Origin: the human T2T-CHM13v2.0 reference genome, Homo sapiens
Length of the DNA: 64,000 nucleotides
Direction: 5' to 3' (one strand)
Assembly (NCBI RefSeq): GCF_009914755.1
Contig: NC_060936.1
Shown here: one piece after another, positions 41,186-56,990 of the stretch
How the letters are laid out: each line of letters starts with the position of its first letter
Position numbering within the stretch: position 1 is the stretch's first letter
The notes under the pieces: generated by a model
Told to the model about the DNA's origin: nothing
Databases searched by the model: none
The model's input: only the letters and a program-made list of their open reading frames with translations
Made by a program: the position numbers and the translations under genes

Positions 41186-42676
41186 ATCTTTTAAAAAACT
41201 ATTCAACATAATTAAAATTGCATTTCATACAGGTAAATATAATCCTACACCACCTGAAGCAACCAAGTTCCTTCCTACATACTATGCAATGCACACTGCC
41301 AAACTAAGAATACAAGAGAATGGAAATATTTTCTTTGCTCTACCCTTAGGTCCTGACAGAATCAGTGACCCAAAGCTATGACTAGTCCTGCACATGCTTA
41401 ACTTATGAATCAGAAACAATGACAGGAGATTATTAAATACTAATTCTTTGCTTGCAAGAGAACACAATGAACAATAGTTGGAAAAGTTAATCAGATGGGG
41501 AAATGGGGTACATTTTTGGAATCTTTTATAAAAGTTCAAACACTGATGCCCTGGTATGGGAATCATAAAATATGCAGTTGAAAAGAAGTACAGTATCTTT
41601 AAACTTGCAATTAAAAAGTATCTTAAGTAGATTTCATGCTAGAACGCATTGTCGGATTAGCCCTATTAGTTGCTGTAAAGAACCTTAAATTCCACTAAGT
41701 ATTATTGAAAAGGAGTAAGAAACTTATAACTAGGACATGCTTCTCACACACATGCCCAAAACTATAGAAACCCTGTCCCACCAGAAGCTTCAAGATGACA
41801 GGAAACTTAGGTCTCCAGGAACACTCAATTTGTTGTCATAATGAAAGCTGAGTAGAAGTCACTCAGTCACTTCCTGTGAAACAGTCAATCAGGTCAAGAT
41901 GAACCACTGGTCCAGGATCTTTACTGGAAACATAAAGCAACTAACTATCAATATTAGAAACAGGTTGATTTAATGTAAAAAAGAAAATAGGAAATAAAAT
42001 TGCTAAAAGATGGGGACTGTAGAATAGGCAACAGAGTAAGAGGGAAAAAAAAGAGCTTCCCTTCCAAAAATTCTAGAAAGATATCTTATTCTAAAATATT
42101 TACAAATTTCATCTATTAATATGCATTAAAGTTAGCTTGATACAGTAAATTGAAATTTAAAAAAGTATCTTTTAAGTCAATAAACACAAATATTAGAGGG
42201 AAATATTCCTGAACAGTAGAAAAATAAGACAAACTTCTTAGTGCTTCTAAAATTAAGAGTCTCATAGAAAAGTGGACATGTTCTTGAGGGAAGATGGATA
42301 TTTCTGGTATTTGTAGAGTAAACTGATTTATGATATTGCAAACAATAATAGAAAACATTCTTAATCCTTAATGAATTAGGTGGGTCAACCTGGCAGAAGA
42401 CTGTAACCCTACAAAGTCTTTATAAGGAAGAAATGTAGATTGAGTTTTTAATCCAGTTAGAATTATGCAGTTTTAGAGCTAAGGTTGCTTTTTAAAGAAA
42501 TAAAAATAGTTCATAAAGAACTGATCCTAAGCAATTAAATAAAACCCGTTCACTTGCAGATTCTTATGGCATTTTCTCTAGAGTAGGTTTACCATACAGC
42601 TAAACCTACCACCACTCTTTTCATCAGAGGTTGAGAAAGAATTAAAAAGGCCAAGAGAAACTTGAAATAACCTGGA

Positions 42677-43281
42677 TGTGATGATTAATTATACGTGTCC
42701 AGTTGTCTGGATTGAGGATTACCTAGATACCTGGTAAAACATTATGCCGGGGTGTGTTGTGAGGTTGCTTTCTGAGGAGATTAGCACGTGAGTCTAAGTG
42801 GCCTAGGTGGGGAACATTCACCCTCTCAATGTGGGCAGGCACCTTCTAATCTGCTGAGGATCCAGAAAGAACAAAAACAGAGGAAAGGTGAATGCGTGGA
42901 TCTATCTGGTGGGACTGGGATACACTCTTCTTCTGTCCTTAGACATCAACTTCAGGCCCCTCATCTTTGTACTCCAGGACTCACACTTGCAGCTTCCCGG
43001 CTTCTGAGGCCATTGGCCTTGGAGTGAAAGTTGTATCAACAGCTTCCCTGGTTCTGAGGCCTTTGCACTTGGACTGAGAACCATGCCGCCAGCCTCCCAG
43101 GGTCTCCAGCTTGCAGAAGGCCTGTTGCAGAACTTAGCCTCCATAATTGTGTGAGCCAATCACCCAGTAAGTCCCCTCTCATATATTTATCTATACCTAC
43201 ATCTATATTTATATCTATCTATATCATCCATATCTATATCTTCTATTGATTCTGTCATTTTGGGGAGCCCTGAGTAATATA
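42677..43281 (+). mobile_element. MLT2 (ERVL) solo LTR
   Basis: tgtgatgattaattatacgtgtc...ggattgagga...cctccataattgtgtgagccaat...(atct)n...gagccctgagtaata; near-TSD ctgga/ctggg. Confidence 0.88.
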
Positions 43282-46200
43282 CTGGGGTATTAGAGTATGT
43301 AAATGTTTGTGCATATACATAAACATACAAACTTGTTCATGCTTTTTTAATCAAATGATATATATTTCAAATGGAATAAAGACATCTAAATTGACTTCTC
43401 CTTTAACAAGATCTCACAACAACAATGAGCAAAATGTAGGAAAATATTATCTTTCCTGTCATGTAACATATCCATCAAATGAAAAAAATTGCCCAGCTCT
43501 AACTCTTATCAATCGAATTCACACAGCAGATCTGTCTACCCCACTTGATGTATTGGATTCCTTTGCTAAAACTGGACCAAGATAATGTCTTTTGTATTCA
43601 TATATGAAACAAACATTTTAAAGGCATTCTTAATTGTGGACTATAAAACGCTACAGTCTACTACTCCATCAATATACGCGTTGTTTTCTAAGGTCTGGAA
43701 CAACAACAATGGTATAAAACATCTAAGAAAGTACAATCAGGATGAATAATTTAAGTTAGTATGTTTATTTCTACAAGGTATCAAGGCACTGTATTTAAAA
43801 AAGAAAAAAGTAGATGGAAATTCTAGATGAGTATTTTCAAATATCAAATAAGATAATCTATGGTAAATTATTTTGTGAGCATTCAATTATATATCCATTT
43901 TTAATTAAAATAAATCTTATAATATTTGCTATACATTCCAATTGCCTTTCATGATAGCAGATTGTATATTTACTAGTCTTCATCCTTGCCCTATGCTTCC
44001 AAGAAAAAGGAGGCAGTAGGAAGAAGGAGAAAAGGGAAGAAAAAACATTCTAAAATGAAATATGGCAAAGATTTATGTGGCGGGAAAATTAGTCTGTTCT
44101 ACATTTTTAATGTCCTATTTCTACATATGTCACCACATCAGAGCTTCCCATAATTGTTTGAACAATCTCGCAGTAGACTAAACAATTCAAATATATTGTT
44201 ACTTTCATAACTATTAAGTGTTTATAAGACTTCTCCAAATTAACAATTGACAAAATATATTTCAGAACTATGCTTTTCGTTAATGAATATACTGGAAGCT
44301 GTGAAAAATGAATTTCTTTCAGGTTATCAGTCTTGCTCAGTACTTATTTGTTGCCTGAAAGGGTTTTGACTCTGTCAGTTTCATTTATCTGCACTAACTC
44401 TAGAAAGAAGACAAACACACATATATAACTCAATATCTCAATGTTTCCCTCAAATTACTTTCAGTGTGACTTTATTTCCTTTAGGGACTTTTTCTTTTCC
44501 CACTCTGAAATAGTTAGGCTGGCCACTTAACACTTTGATCAAATAAAAATTCTAAGCTTTTAAAATTCTCATACTCCACAAAAGTTCTATTATAGTCAGA
44601 AAACTTTGCTTCTTATCCTAGCTCTACCAGTTTCTAATTGTGTGGTCTTGGGCATGTTGTTAAACTTGGCCTTTGCTCTCTGAAATACAGTTCCTATAGT
44701 CTTAGAATTTCTAGAACATATAATTTTTAAGTGCTTTTCATTAAAAAATGTTCTGACTTATAAATTACAGTGCTTCATGCTCTGAAGCAAGAATCCATCC
44801 ATTTCAACTTTTTGTCATTATGACAGGGCTTAAAATCCACATTGTGAATGTAGTGGTCATAATTGTGGAATAATTCCTAAGAAAGCATTGAAGGTGTTGG
44901 CTAATCTAATTGGTCGGAACAGTTTATTGAGCCTTACACCCATTTACAATATGAGTTGAAATCTATTTTTGCCATTCTGTTTAACAAAGGACTTATTTCA
45001 GTATTACAAAAATTATAAAAATCTAAAACTATTGGCACACTTGTCAAATTGCAGTAAAATCAAGTGACTACCACATTGCTGATTATGGAATTACCTTACT
45101 TAGAATAAGAAAGTGCCATAACAATATTAATACCTATGCTTTGATAATTAATAACATTTTAAATGCAGATAACCAGGTACCATCGACTAAAAAGTCAGTG
45201 TACTTTGAACAATATGAAGTTCAATGAACAGTTTTAAACCACTGAAATGAATAACCACACTTCAGATATGAGTGGATTATAACATGTTGGAAATGTGCTG
45301 ATCCTAATTGCAGTTAAGGAGGGGAAATGTCCTCGGCTGGAACATCTCACTGAACTTCCACTGTCTCACTGAAGCTATCTACGGGTCATTAAAATCCCAG
45401 GTAGAATAAGAAAGAAGGAACAGTGATAGGTCTGCTAAATCCATCAAAATTAGGTGCGCCTGACTCAATTAGATACAATAGGAGAAATCTGGATGGCAAA
45501 GAAGTTAAAACATGATTAATACAAGAGTGAAATAATTTTGACACATTTGCTTCCTGTCATTTATGATATTTACACTTAATAAAATATGTTGGATCTCAAG
45601 ATATAACTTCAAGAGAATCATGAATTTCTCTCCAGATTAGCATACTGCAAAGCTAACAGTGGCCTCCAGATGGATGATGTCACATGGGGTTGGATTCATA
45701 GCTCCATGAATTAGGTTCCTTGATAGTCATAGCAAGTGAGTATTGAGCCCTGACACTATGCTAAGGCTCTTTATCCATGATTTCTTTTAACCCTCAAAAA
45801 TCTCTCTATGAAGTAAGTGCTGTTCAGAAAGTAAATTGTCAGAAGGGAAACAAAGCTGAACTTTTGTCAAAGTTTATGACACTAGCAAGTTGTGGAAACA
45901 AGACATCACTGGAAACTTTTTTTCTTTTTGTTACCAATACAGCTGCTTCCTCCTGTATTGATGCTCCTTATTATTGCAAATTTCCAAATAACAAAAATAT
46001 GGAGGTCCCACAGCCTTCAGGCTTGTTTTCTCCAGGCAAAACCACAGGTAAATCGACTTGAACACCAAATTATTACCATCCCTATGTTCCATCTTTATCA
46101 CACATGGCTCTCGGGCATGCAATAAAAAAGTTCTATCTGGTACTACTTCTCTAACTGAAAACCCAGGTACCTTTCTGCTTTGGTTCCCTGCACCTATCCA

Positions 46201-46478
46201 GTTAAGAACACTTATAGACACGTTTTAACATTAAAATGTAGATAAAATGAAACCTTTGTCTACAATAATTTCTTCTCAGCATAAGATGAAAATAACTGTT
46301 AGCTTGCTTAGATTGAAGCTCCCTGACACAGTAGGGCCTGTAGACTGACCAGACACCATTTGCAAGATTTCCATGGCAGAGGAGGTGCTATGTCATGAAT
46401 TAGCTTGAAAGTCATTTTTATTTTGGAGGTCATTTCAGTTAGGTATTTAAGGATAAGAAACAGAATATATATTTTTTA

Positions 46479-46676
<198 letters not shown>

Positions 46677-47089
46677 TTAAGATGATGAAAATAGACGTGT
46701 CTGTGCTCCTAAATTATCAGCAATTCATCCTAAATAAGATCAAGGAAGATATTTAGTCTTTAGGAACAGTTATGTTTCTTTTGGCCTAAAACAAATGAAG
46801 CCTAAGATACCACGGCAGTGATCAATCCCAGAAAGAAATGTCTGTTTTTCGAACATCCCTCTTCCTAGTGATATATTAAGAAGGCGCTGCTTCTGACATT
46901 TTCAGCCCTTTTCTATAACAGAGTGTTTCACAAATGGAGAAGGGGAGGTTTAAGACTGAGGAGTTCAGAGTAGCACAAAGTATTGCAAGACACTGTATTT
47001 ATTAGTAAAGTTTTTGGTATTTTTTTTGTTTTTAGGTAAGTAATTTTCTCATTACTGCCTCTCACAAGCCCCTTACCACCAACTCAGTG

Positions 47090-47860
47090 CATGCTATTGT
47101 GGTTTCTGTTTCCATTTTTTTTTACCAAAATGATTCTTAAGAAGGTTGCCAATCACATGCATTATTTTAAAATTCTGAAGTGTTTTTCAGTTGTCGTCTT
47201 TTGACCTCTCATCAGAATTCAACACTCAAATGTTTTCCCCGATCATGAACTTTCTCTGTTGGCTTCTGTGACATCATCATACTTCCCTGGTTTCATTTCT
47301 GCCTCTCATGTTCTTCTCCTTCTTAGTCACCTTTAATGGCTCTTTCCAGCCATTAAATGTTGTAATTCTCTGAGGCTCAATTTTAGACTTTGTTCTTTTC
47401 CTTCATACTTACTTCCATATGTAAGCCAAGTGCTTCTAAATGTGCTTCTCTAGCCTAGAACTTTGTTTTAAGCATCAGGTCCATTTATTGAGAAACTTAT
47501 TCAAAGGAACCTCAAGTTCAACAAGTCCCAAACTAAATTTGAGATTTAGCCTCCCATATAGTCATCTTAAGTATTTCCTAACTTAGGAAACAGCACAATC
47601 ACTTACCACTCTCACTGTTATTTGCGTTTACTTCTACATTTACTTCTACATTTACCTTCTACATTTACTTAATATTATGCCCATGCTGTGACTTTATATT
47701 TGTTTATTTATTTGCTAGTAACATCTTTCTGTCTCCTAGGGAGAAGTCCATAAATTCAGTGAGGGTGGAGGCCATGTATATTTTACTCACTGTTCTCTGG
47801 AAGTCCATTACAAAAGCAATGCTGAATGGATATCTAATAAGAGTGCATGAATAGATGAGA
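47090..47860 (+). mobile_element. L2 LINE fragments
   Basis: ttgacctctc...ggcttctgtgacat...cctcaagttcaacaagtcccaaactaaa. Confidence 0.6.
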
Positions 47861-48007
47861 TGAAAACTGTAAACATTTCATCACATGGGATAGGATATAA
47901 CTTCTAACATCCTGAAACTTATCACTCTCTTATAAATAAGTTCTAGATCTCATTCTCATCAAGTAATAGTCACTAACATTTTTATTAAAAAAAAAAAAAA
48001 ATCTCTT

Positions 48008-48333
<326 letters not shown>

Positions 48334-48517
48334 TCAAAAATTCAGGAAAAAATTCACACATCACCATGAACAAAAGAACCCATGTGATGAGGATGGATGT
48401 ACCTGGCTGCGCAAAAAAATTTATTTCCCTATGGATGATGGTTTAATTATAATTATTTTAATGCTTTAATTTTATCTTTGGAATATGGTAAAAAAAAAAC
48501 ACATTTTGTTCTTTCTC

Positions 48518-48820
48518 TTTTTTTTTTTTTTTTTGAGACAGAGTTTTGCTCTTTGTTGCCCAGGCTGCAGTGCAATGGCGCGATCTCAGCTTACTGCAAC
48601 CACCGCCTCCTGAGTTCAAATGATTCATCTGCCTCAGCCTCCCGAGTAGCTGAGATTACAGGCATGCACCACCATGCCTGATTAATTTTTTTATATTTTT
48701 ACTAGAGACACGGTTTCACCATGTTGGCTAGGCTGGTCTTGAACTCCTGACCTCGGGTGATCCACTTGCCTCAGCCTCCTAAAGTGCTGGGATTACAGGC
48801 GTGAGCCACAGTGCCCGACC
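48518..48820 (-). mobile_element. Alu (AluS-type)
   Basis: Poly(T)+gagacagagttttgctc...gagccacagtgcccgacc. Confidence 0.94.
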
Positions 48821-49081
48821 TACGATTTTTTTTTTTTCTGAAGAAAGTGGTAAAAGAGAGAGTAGAAGGAAGATTACCTTTTTCATTAAGTCTAGTTCCT
48901 TCCTCCCACATAGCAATATTTCAAATGCTATTTAAATCCTTTTAACAGAACTTTAAGAATACTTCAGAACCTGACCACTTCAACCTCCCACGTACTTTCT
49001 CCCGTTCACCGTGTCTCTCATCTGGATTGTTGTAATGGCCTCCATTTGCTCCATTTTGCTCCTGCTCCCTATAGTTGATCA

Positions 49082-49430
<349 letters not shown>

Positions 49431-51489
49431 TCAGCAAAAAGCCGGTGTACATATAATGCCTGCAAGGCCCTATATGATTTGGTCTCCTGCTACCTCTCTG
49501 ATTTCATCTCATCCCCTATCACCTCATGCCTGCCACACTGCATTCCTAACTGCCTCTTGTACACACCAAGGATGCTCCTGCCTCCCAAGGATATTCCTGC
49601 TTCTGGGCCTTTGCACTTACTTTTCCCTCTTTCTGGAATACTCTGCCTAGACAGCCCCATGGCTCACTCCTACACTTCCTACAGGTTTCTGCTCAAATGT
49701 TCTCAGTCAAAAATGTCTTCCCTGAGCACCCATTTTAAAAGAACATATTCCCATAGATAATACCCTCATCTCCAATGCCCTGCATAAGTTTTCAACATAA
49801 TACTTAGCAACGTACAGTTTACTGGTTTACTTATTGTCTATCCTTCCCAACTAGATTTCAGTACACAAGGGATTTTTGTCTGTTTTATTTCCCCACTCTG
49901 CTCCCACTAACTAGAACAAAACCTGGCATCAAATTGGTGGTCAATGAATATTTATCTAATAGATGAATGTGGAATGGAGCTCAGAATCTGGGGGAAAGGC
50001 TCATCAGTAAACAGGTCCTTTAGCTTTTGTAACAGCTATACCAGAAGTATTAGAATACATAGAATGGGGACATTCTACACTCAGTAGGGAGTGCTGGGAG
50101 GAGTGTCAGAAAAAGACTACAGGAGAAGACGAACCTGCCCTGACCCTTAAATAATAAGTATTAAATGTCTTTCATGAAAAGATCTGCCACCACAGAGTGG
50201 TAACTGTGCATGCCTGCCATGTATGGTAGAGAAGCACTGGGAGAGCTGAATGGGCTCTAGAAACATGACCTGTAGCTATCACCAGGGATCTTCTCTCAGG
50301 CTGTGGAGGCAGCACTGCAGGACATCTCTCCAATACAGGAGAGAAATTCTTGAAGAACTTAGGGGTTTGTAAAGTTCCAAGGAGAATGTCAGAGGTCTTG
50401 GGAAAGTATTAGAATCAAAGGATTCTAGAATCCTTTTATAATATTCAGGGATGGGCTAGAATGTGAAAGAGATAAGAAAGAAGCTTCCTCTCCATCAGTC
50501 ATTGCTTAGATCTTTCAGGACATGTGTGCCCTCAGACCCACCAAAGCAAATAGGGGTTATCTACAAAAAATATCCCCAGCCAAGCTACATTTTCTGAAGC
50601 TCCTAGGATTCTCCAGAATTCAGTTGACTGAAAGATTGAGAGTTAAGGACAAGAAAAGAGTGGTGTTGTTTTATACTGTTACAGGCAAGCATTCTGAACT
50701 CTTTTATCATGGGGATAAAGCAAGAGGCATATGGGCCATACCCAAAAAAAAGCCAAATATATCTTTAATGAAAGTGATTAGGCATTTCATTAAAAATAAA
50801 ACGAACATCTTTTAAGCAGACATCAACCACCAAGTAGAGAAGAGTACAATGGAAATAAGGGGGTGGAAAAAAGGAGCTCCTCAAACATAAACTGAGTATT
50901 TCTTCATGCCATTCAACCCTGCTAGCTTACACTTTGAAAGATGTTTAGAAGGTTTTACAGGGATGTGTAGACACACGAATATTAAATAGTGGCCATCCTC
51001 CACCTGGGATGGTGAATGGACTATGCCCAGAACATGGAAGAGGAAAAGGACTTAGCCATGAAAAAGAGGGCCATACTTATCTGTAAGCTGAAACTATATC
51101 ACCTCCCCTCTATCTTACGTTGTATTTACTACCAATTTTTTTTAACTAATAGTTCATAGGCATTGCCTCCATTTTCCTACTATGTATATTCCAGTTTTTA
51201 TTGTCTGATTTCGGCTACTAAAACACCATAGAAGCCTTACTCTTCAAGGCCAACAATGAGAATCTAAATGAAAAATCTAGTAGTTTCAATTTGATATTAG
51301 AACGATTACTTTTCTATAGCATTTAACACTGTTCCCCAAGACCTCTTAAAATCTCCGTTTTGTTTCCTATGACATTGCACTCCTGGCCCCACTTCCATAT
51401 CTGATTCTTTCTGCATATGTTCATTTTCCTTTCTCTGCCAGCTATATAAGCCAGTATCTCCCAAAGATCTACCCTTAGTTCCTTTCTGC

Positions 51490-52500
51490 TTTCTTGTAAT
51501 ATTACCACTGTAAATTAAGGCCTATAAGCCTGCCACATCTCTGCATAAAACACTCCTATCCCCGATATTAACATGGCTGCCTTTTGTATGTCATTTAGAT
51601 CCCAGCTCAACTGCCAAAGCTTTAGAAAGATCTAGCTGCCCAATCTAAGGAGCATTGCCTTGTCATAGCAATCAACATTTATCTTATTATCCTGTTTATA
51701 TTTTTTCAAATTATTTATCACTATATAATATCATTTTGTTATCTGCTCCTTTATCTGTCTCTTTCTTTCCACTAATATTTAAGGGCTTTGTCTCTCTGGT
51801 TAATTGAGATAGCCTCAATAATTAGTTAGTACAGTGCCCGGCACATAAGAAGCACTAGATTACTATTAGTCAAATAAATGAATGAATGTTATCTCCTCCA
51901 GTAGAGTTTAAACCACCATTTCTCTGTAAATAACCTAAGAAACACCTGAGCTCTCTTCCAAAATGCTGACTGGTGTTTCCAGCTGTCTCTCACATACCTC
52001 CAACTGGACAACTTGACAGGAACTGTAATTCAACATCATAAAACTACTTTCTTTTCCAAACTTGCTCTTCTGACTTTCTCTGTTTCTGGTGATGGCATTC
52101 TCAATCTCCCTATTACTAGGCTCAACTCTTTTCCTTTCCCTTTTGCCTACTCAAAGAATTCTACTAACCATAACTCTTCCACCTGTTTATTCCTTTCATC
52201 TCTTTGTCCACGGTCATTACCCTGACTAATTTAGATTCTCACTCTTTTTAATTTAAAGTATTATAATGGCCTTGTAACTGAACTTCCTGCCCCCAGCTGG
52301 AAACTCACTTTACTTGTTGAAGCCCACAATTTCTTCAAAGCATATCTCAAATGTCAGCTCTCTAATGAATTCTTTCAAAATGCTTCTTGTTGAAAATGTT
52401 CTCTTGACTCTCCATGGTTCTTTTTTGGTATTTTTCTCATGATTTATCAGAATTAACCTTGATTATAATCACTTCTACACTACTTACCACCAAAGTAGTT
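51490..52500 (+). mobile_element. L2 fragments
   Basis: acagtgcccggcacataagaagcact...aataaatgaatgaat (L2 3' end). Confidence 0.6.
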
Positions 52501-52682
52501 AATAAGCATCTTAAAATCCGGGTTTTGTCTGTGGGTGGGTTTTTGTTTTGTTTTGCTTTTTTGGCCTTTGAATTTATTTAACTGGGGAGGTGGAAGGGAC
52601 TCTTATTCATTGTTGTGTGCCTAGGACAGTGACCTATAAGTAGCAGGCAAAGTAATGTCTGAGGAATATGACTGCATCGCTA

Positions 52683-52874
<192 letters not shown>

Positions 52875-54537
52875 TCATATAGCAATAAAACAGACAAAAT
52901 AAATGAAAAAAAGTAATTATTTCAATGAAAATGGCTCTGTTGTATACAGAGCCAGTCCAAATATAAAGTTCAATAAACACAAAAGCATTACCTACCTTCT
53001 TTTACATTTTCACGCAACAGTAAAAAGTGATGGCAATTTACCTATTACAAAATACCACAATGAACTTGGCTCTCTGGCACAATAGATAGTACATTGGACT
53101 TCAAATGAAATTCCATAATGACCAAACATTTTGAATGTTTTTACACTTATGACCAGTAATAATCTATAGTTTTTTTTAACTTTTACTTTATAAGTAAATT
53201 TTAAAAATAATGTTGGCTGAACATCTACTGTTTTTAATATTCTATGCTAGGGCCAGCTGGAAATAAAAAGATGTCCCAAGTACAGTTCTTGGCCTTAAGT
53301 ACTACAGTTTTTCATCTAATTAAGGAGGCAAGACAAAGACACAAAAAACTAATAGCCAGAGTTATTAAGAGGTCAAGGCATTAGTATTAGTGATATGATT
53401 CTCCCTTTCTTAAAAAAAAAGTTGAAGATTCAGAATTCTATGTTAAAAGAGAGCAAACATCTATCTAGCCAATCAAGTTTTAGAGCGTATTCCCCATATG
53501 CCAATTCAGAGTCTATCTTCGAAAATAAAATACAGTTAACTGAGCAAATATTCAAGTTTGAGAACACAAATATAGCAATTGTGAGATAATGTGGTTGGCA
53601 AATTAGCATCACATTATGGTCACGTAAGCTAATACATAAATCCAAAATTTGGAGAAGTCATGGTAATCATTTAAAACACATATTACACTCAAGATATTTA
53701 AAACATGCCAATGAATCTTATTAAGTTAAAATTTATATTTAATATAAGAGAAGTATGTGCTGTTCACTGAAAAGGAAACAGTATCTCTTTTAATTGTTCT
53801 TTTAGAACTCACAAGATAGACAAGGCCCCTATGATAAAGTACTACCAGTAGGAGAGAACACCCTCTTTAATTACAATTTTCACTTCAAACATAAGACACT
53901 AAGCACTGTTTTACTACTGCATTTGCCACCTGTATACATAATTAGATAGAAGGATCTGTTATAACTCAATCACCCTTCTTAACCCCAGTGCATTTCTCCT
54001 ACCAATTTAGGCTGAAACAGTTTGTTCTATTTTAGGAAGTAGCAGCTATAGTTAGTAGCTTATAATTTTTATATGACCATTTGGAATAGAAAGAAGGGTT
54101 CTAACATATTTTACATATAGCATAGAGAAGAAATATTCAGAAAAGAAAATGTGTGAATAAGGCAGTAACCATTTCTTATGCTCTTTCTTATTATCAATGC
54201 CTATCCTTATTCAAGGCAGGTAGTCAATAATGTGTTGCTAATAATTTATTATATCTCAGATATTTGGATTCCATCAGAATGAATGAACACTAACTCCATG
54301 AATAATAGCCACATGACTATTATATCCTAATATTAAATAATATAAATATATCTTGGGAAGATTTTCTTAATGAAAATATTCATATGCTAGCAAGATAAAC
54401 ATCTTCCTACATTGTTAATAGAGAAGTAAATTTCTACCACATTTCAAGGAATACACACTAGGAATACCAATACACATCATGTCTTAGAATGCGCATAACC
54501 TACGAAGGATAATTCTGCTTTTAGAAACCTAGCCCAA

Positions 54538-54791
54538 GGCTGGGTGCAGGGGCTCATGCCTGTAATTCCAATGTTTTGGGAGGCCCAGGAAGGAGGATCA
54601 CTTGAGGCCAAGAGTTCGAGACCAGACTGGACAACATAGCAAGACTCCATTTCTACAAAATTATTTTAAAAATTAGCTGAGCATGGTGGTATGCAGCTGT
54701 AATCCCAGCTACTTGGTAGGCTGAGGTGGAAGGATCACTTGAGTCCAGGAATTTGAGGTTGCAGTGAGATACACTGCCTAAAAAAAAAAAA
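54538..54791 (+). mobile_element. Alu (AluJ-type), right arm shortened
   Basis: ggctgggtgcaggggctcatgcctgtaatt...gaggccaagagttcgag; TSD-like aaa(c/t)ctag(c/t)ccaa. Confidence 0.9.
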
Positions 54792-55121
54792 TCTAGTCCA
54801 AAAATATCATAAGAAATGTGGGTTAATTACTAATTGTTTTAAATGAAATTCTAGAAACAACCTAAATGTCAAATAAGAATAACCAAATAATTATGGGTCA
54901 TCCATGGTATTTTGTAACCATAAAAAATTATTTTTGAAGAAAATTTAATGACATGGGATCTAGTTTATGATATAAAGCTAGGTTTAAAAGCAGTTGGAGA
55001 GAAATGAAACATTTGTATACTCACCTCAATGCATGCACATGTCTATGTTTATAGGAATAAAGACTGAAAGCAAATTTAGCTACATATTAATAGTAGCTAT
55101 TTCTAAGTGGTGGAATTATAG

Positions 55122-55410
<289 letters not shown>

Positions 55411-55547
55411 CATATTTTTGTATTTAGAAAATTTTTCCACAATGGTTATTATTACATTACTTCCACACTCAGAAAAAACTTATTTCACCTCAACATGCGG
55501 AAGTGTAAGTTAAAAGCTTAAGCAAATCAGCACATACTCAACACCTA

Positions 55548-55704
55548 CAGTTGGTCCTGCAAAACCCACTTAAGTTAGCCCTCTGCATAGGTGGGTTTCA
55601 CATTCCGTGAATACTGTATTTTGGATCTGTGTTTGGCTGGGAAAAAAAGTCTGCATATAAGTGGACCTGTGGCATTCTAGCCTGTGCTGTTCAAGGGTCA
55701 ACTG
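55548..55704. mobile_element. MER8/Tigger2-family DNA transposon relic
   Basis: Ends cagttg...gttcaagggtcaactg with TA on both sides; internal aatactgtatttt...tataagtggacc. Confidence 0.75.
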
Positions 55705-56592
55705 TATATATTTGGTGATGAGAATTAACAAATATCATTTTGTCATTAAGTATATGAAAGATTAACAAAATTATTTGTTTTCACTTAGTCATAAAGACAT
55801 AAATAAGATTTCAAATTTAAAACAAAATTTCTAATTTTATAGTCCATACTCAGTTCAAACTTTTTGAACCTTCAGCCCATCTTGCTGCATCTTCAGCATT
55901 CTCACATGACTTCCTAGACATGATTTCATTCTATTTCAACTCCTACTTAGCTAACCTTTTCTTCTCAATCTTTTTCACTGACTCCTCTTCTGCCACCCAT
56001 GAATGCCCATATTCTCCCCAGTCCCATTCTTTACCTTTTCCGTCCTTGAACTAACATGCTTCAAACTCTAAGAACTATATTTCAACAATGCTTTACAGAT
56101 TTTAACCTCCTGAGTTCTAAAATACATAGTTTCACATTCAATGAAATAATAAGGTACGTGCCAACCCTAAGATTGTCCCCCAGCCCTATTAACCTATTTT
56201 TAGATGCAGAATGGGGTATCTCTGAGGGTGTATCTCAGTCATAAAATTCAACATGGATAAAGTGAAACTCACCACTTTCCTGTAATTTTAAAGCATTATT
56301 ACCAATCAGCATTCTAAAATATTAACTTCTTCAATTTCCTTCTCAACTACCCATCCCTGCATTGATATTAATCAATCACAGTAATTTTTCCTCAAAATAG
56401 GTTTGTTTTTCCTTTAATTTTAATGAAAATTATATTTTTCAATATTATTATGTTCATATTAGTAAATAATGATAAAAGTGTATAGTAAAAGATCTCCTCC
56501 CAACACTGTCCCTTCAAAGGTAACCACTATTATTATTTTTTTGTGTGTCTTATCCTTGATAACACAGATTTAAGCATATACAATAATATTTC

Positions 56593-56990
56593 AGTATTAG
56601 TTTGCCAGGGCTGCCATAACAAAGTACCACAGACTGGGTGGTTTAAAAGACAGAAATTGCCTTACAGTTCTGGATGCTAGAAGTCTAAGATTAAGTTGTC
56701 AACAGGGTTGATCTGTTCCAGGCCTCTTTCCTTGGCTTGCAGATGTCTGTCTTCTCCATATGTGTTCACATCGTCTCGGTCTGTACATACCCATGTCCAA
56801 ATTTCCTCTTCTTATAAAGATACCAGTCATCTTGGATTAGGACCCACCATAATAAACTCATTTTAATTTAATTCCCTTTGTAAAGATCCTGTCTCCAAAT
56901 ACGTTCATATTCTGAGGTTCTAGGCATTAGGACTTCAGCATATGAATTAGGGTTGGTGGGTAGGGGAAAGTGCGTAGTTCAACCCATAAG
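56593..56990 (-). mobile_element. MLT1A-like MaLR LTR
   Basis: tattagtttgccagggctgccataacaaagtaccacagactgggtgg...ttcaacccataa. Confidence 0.88.

Noticed and set aside
45660-45678. CTCF-like site tggcctccagatggatg
   Set aside because: Mismatches at core positions; not supportable from sequence alone.
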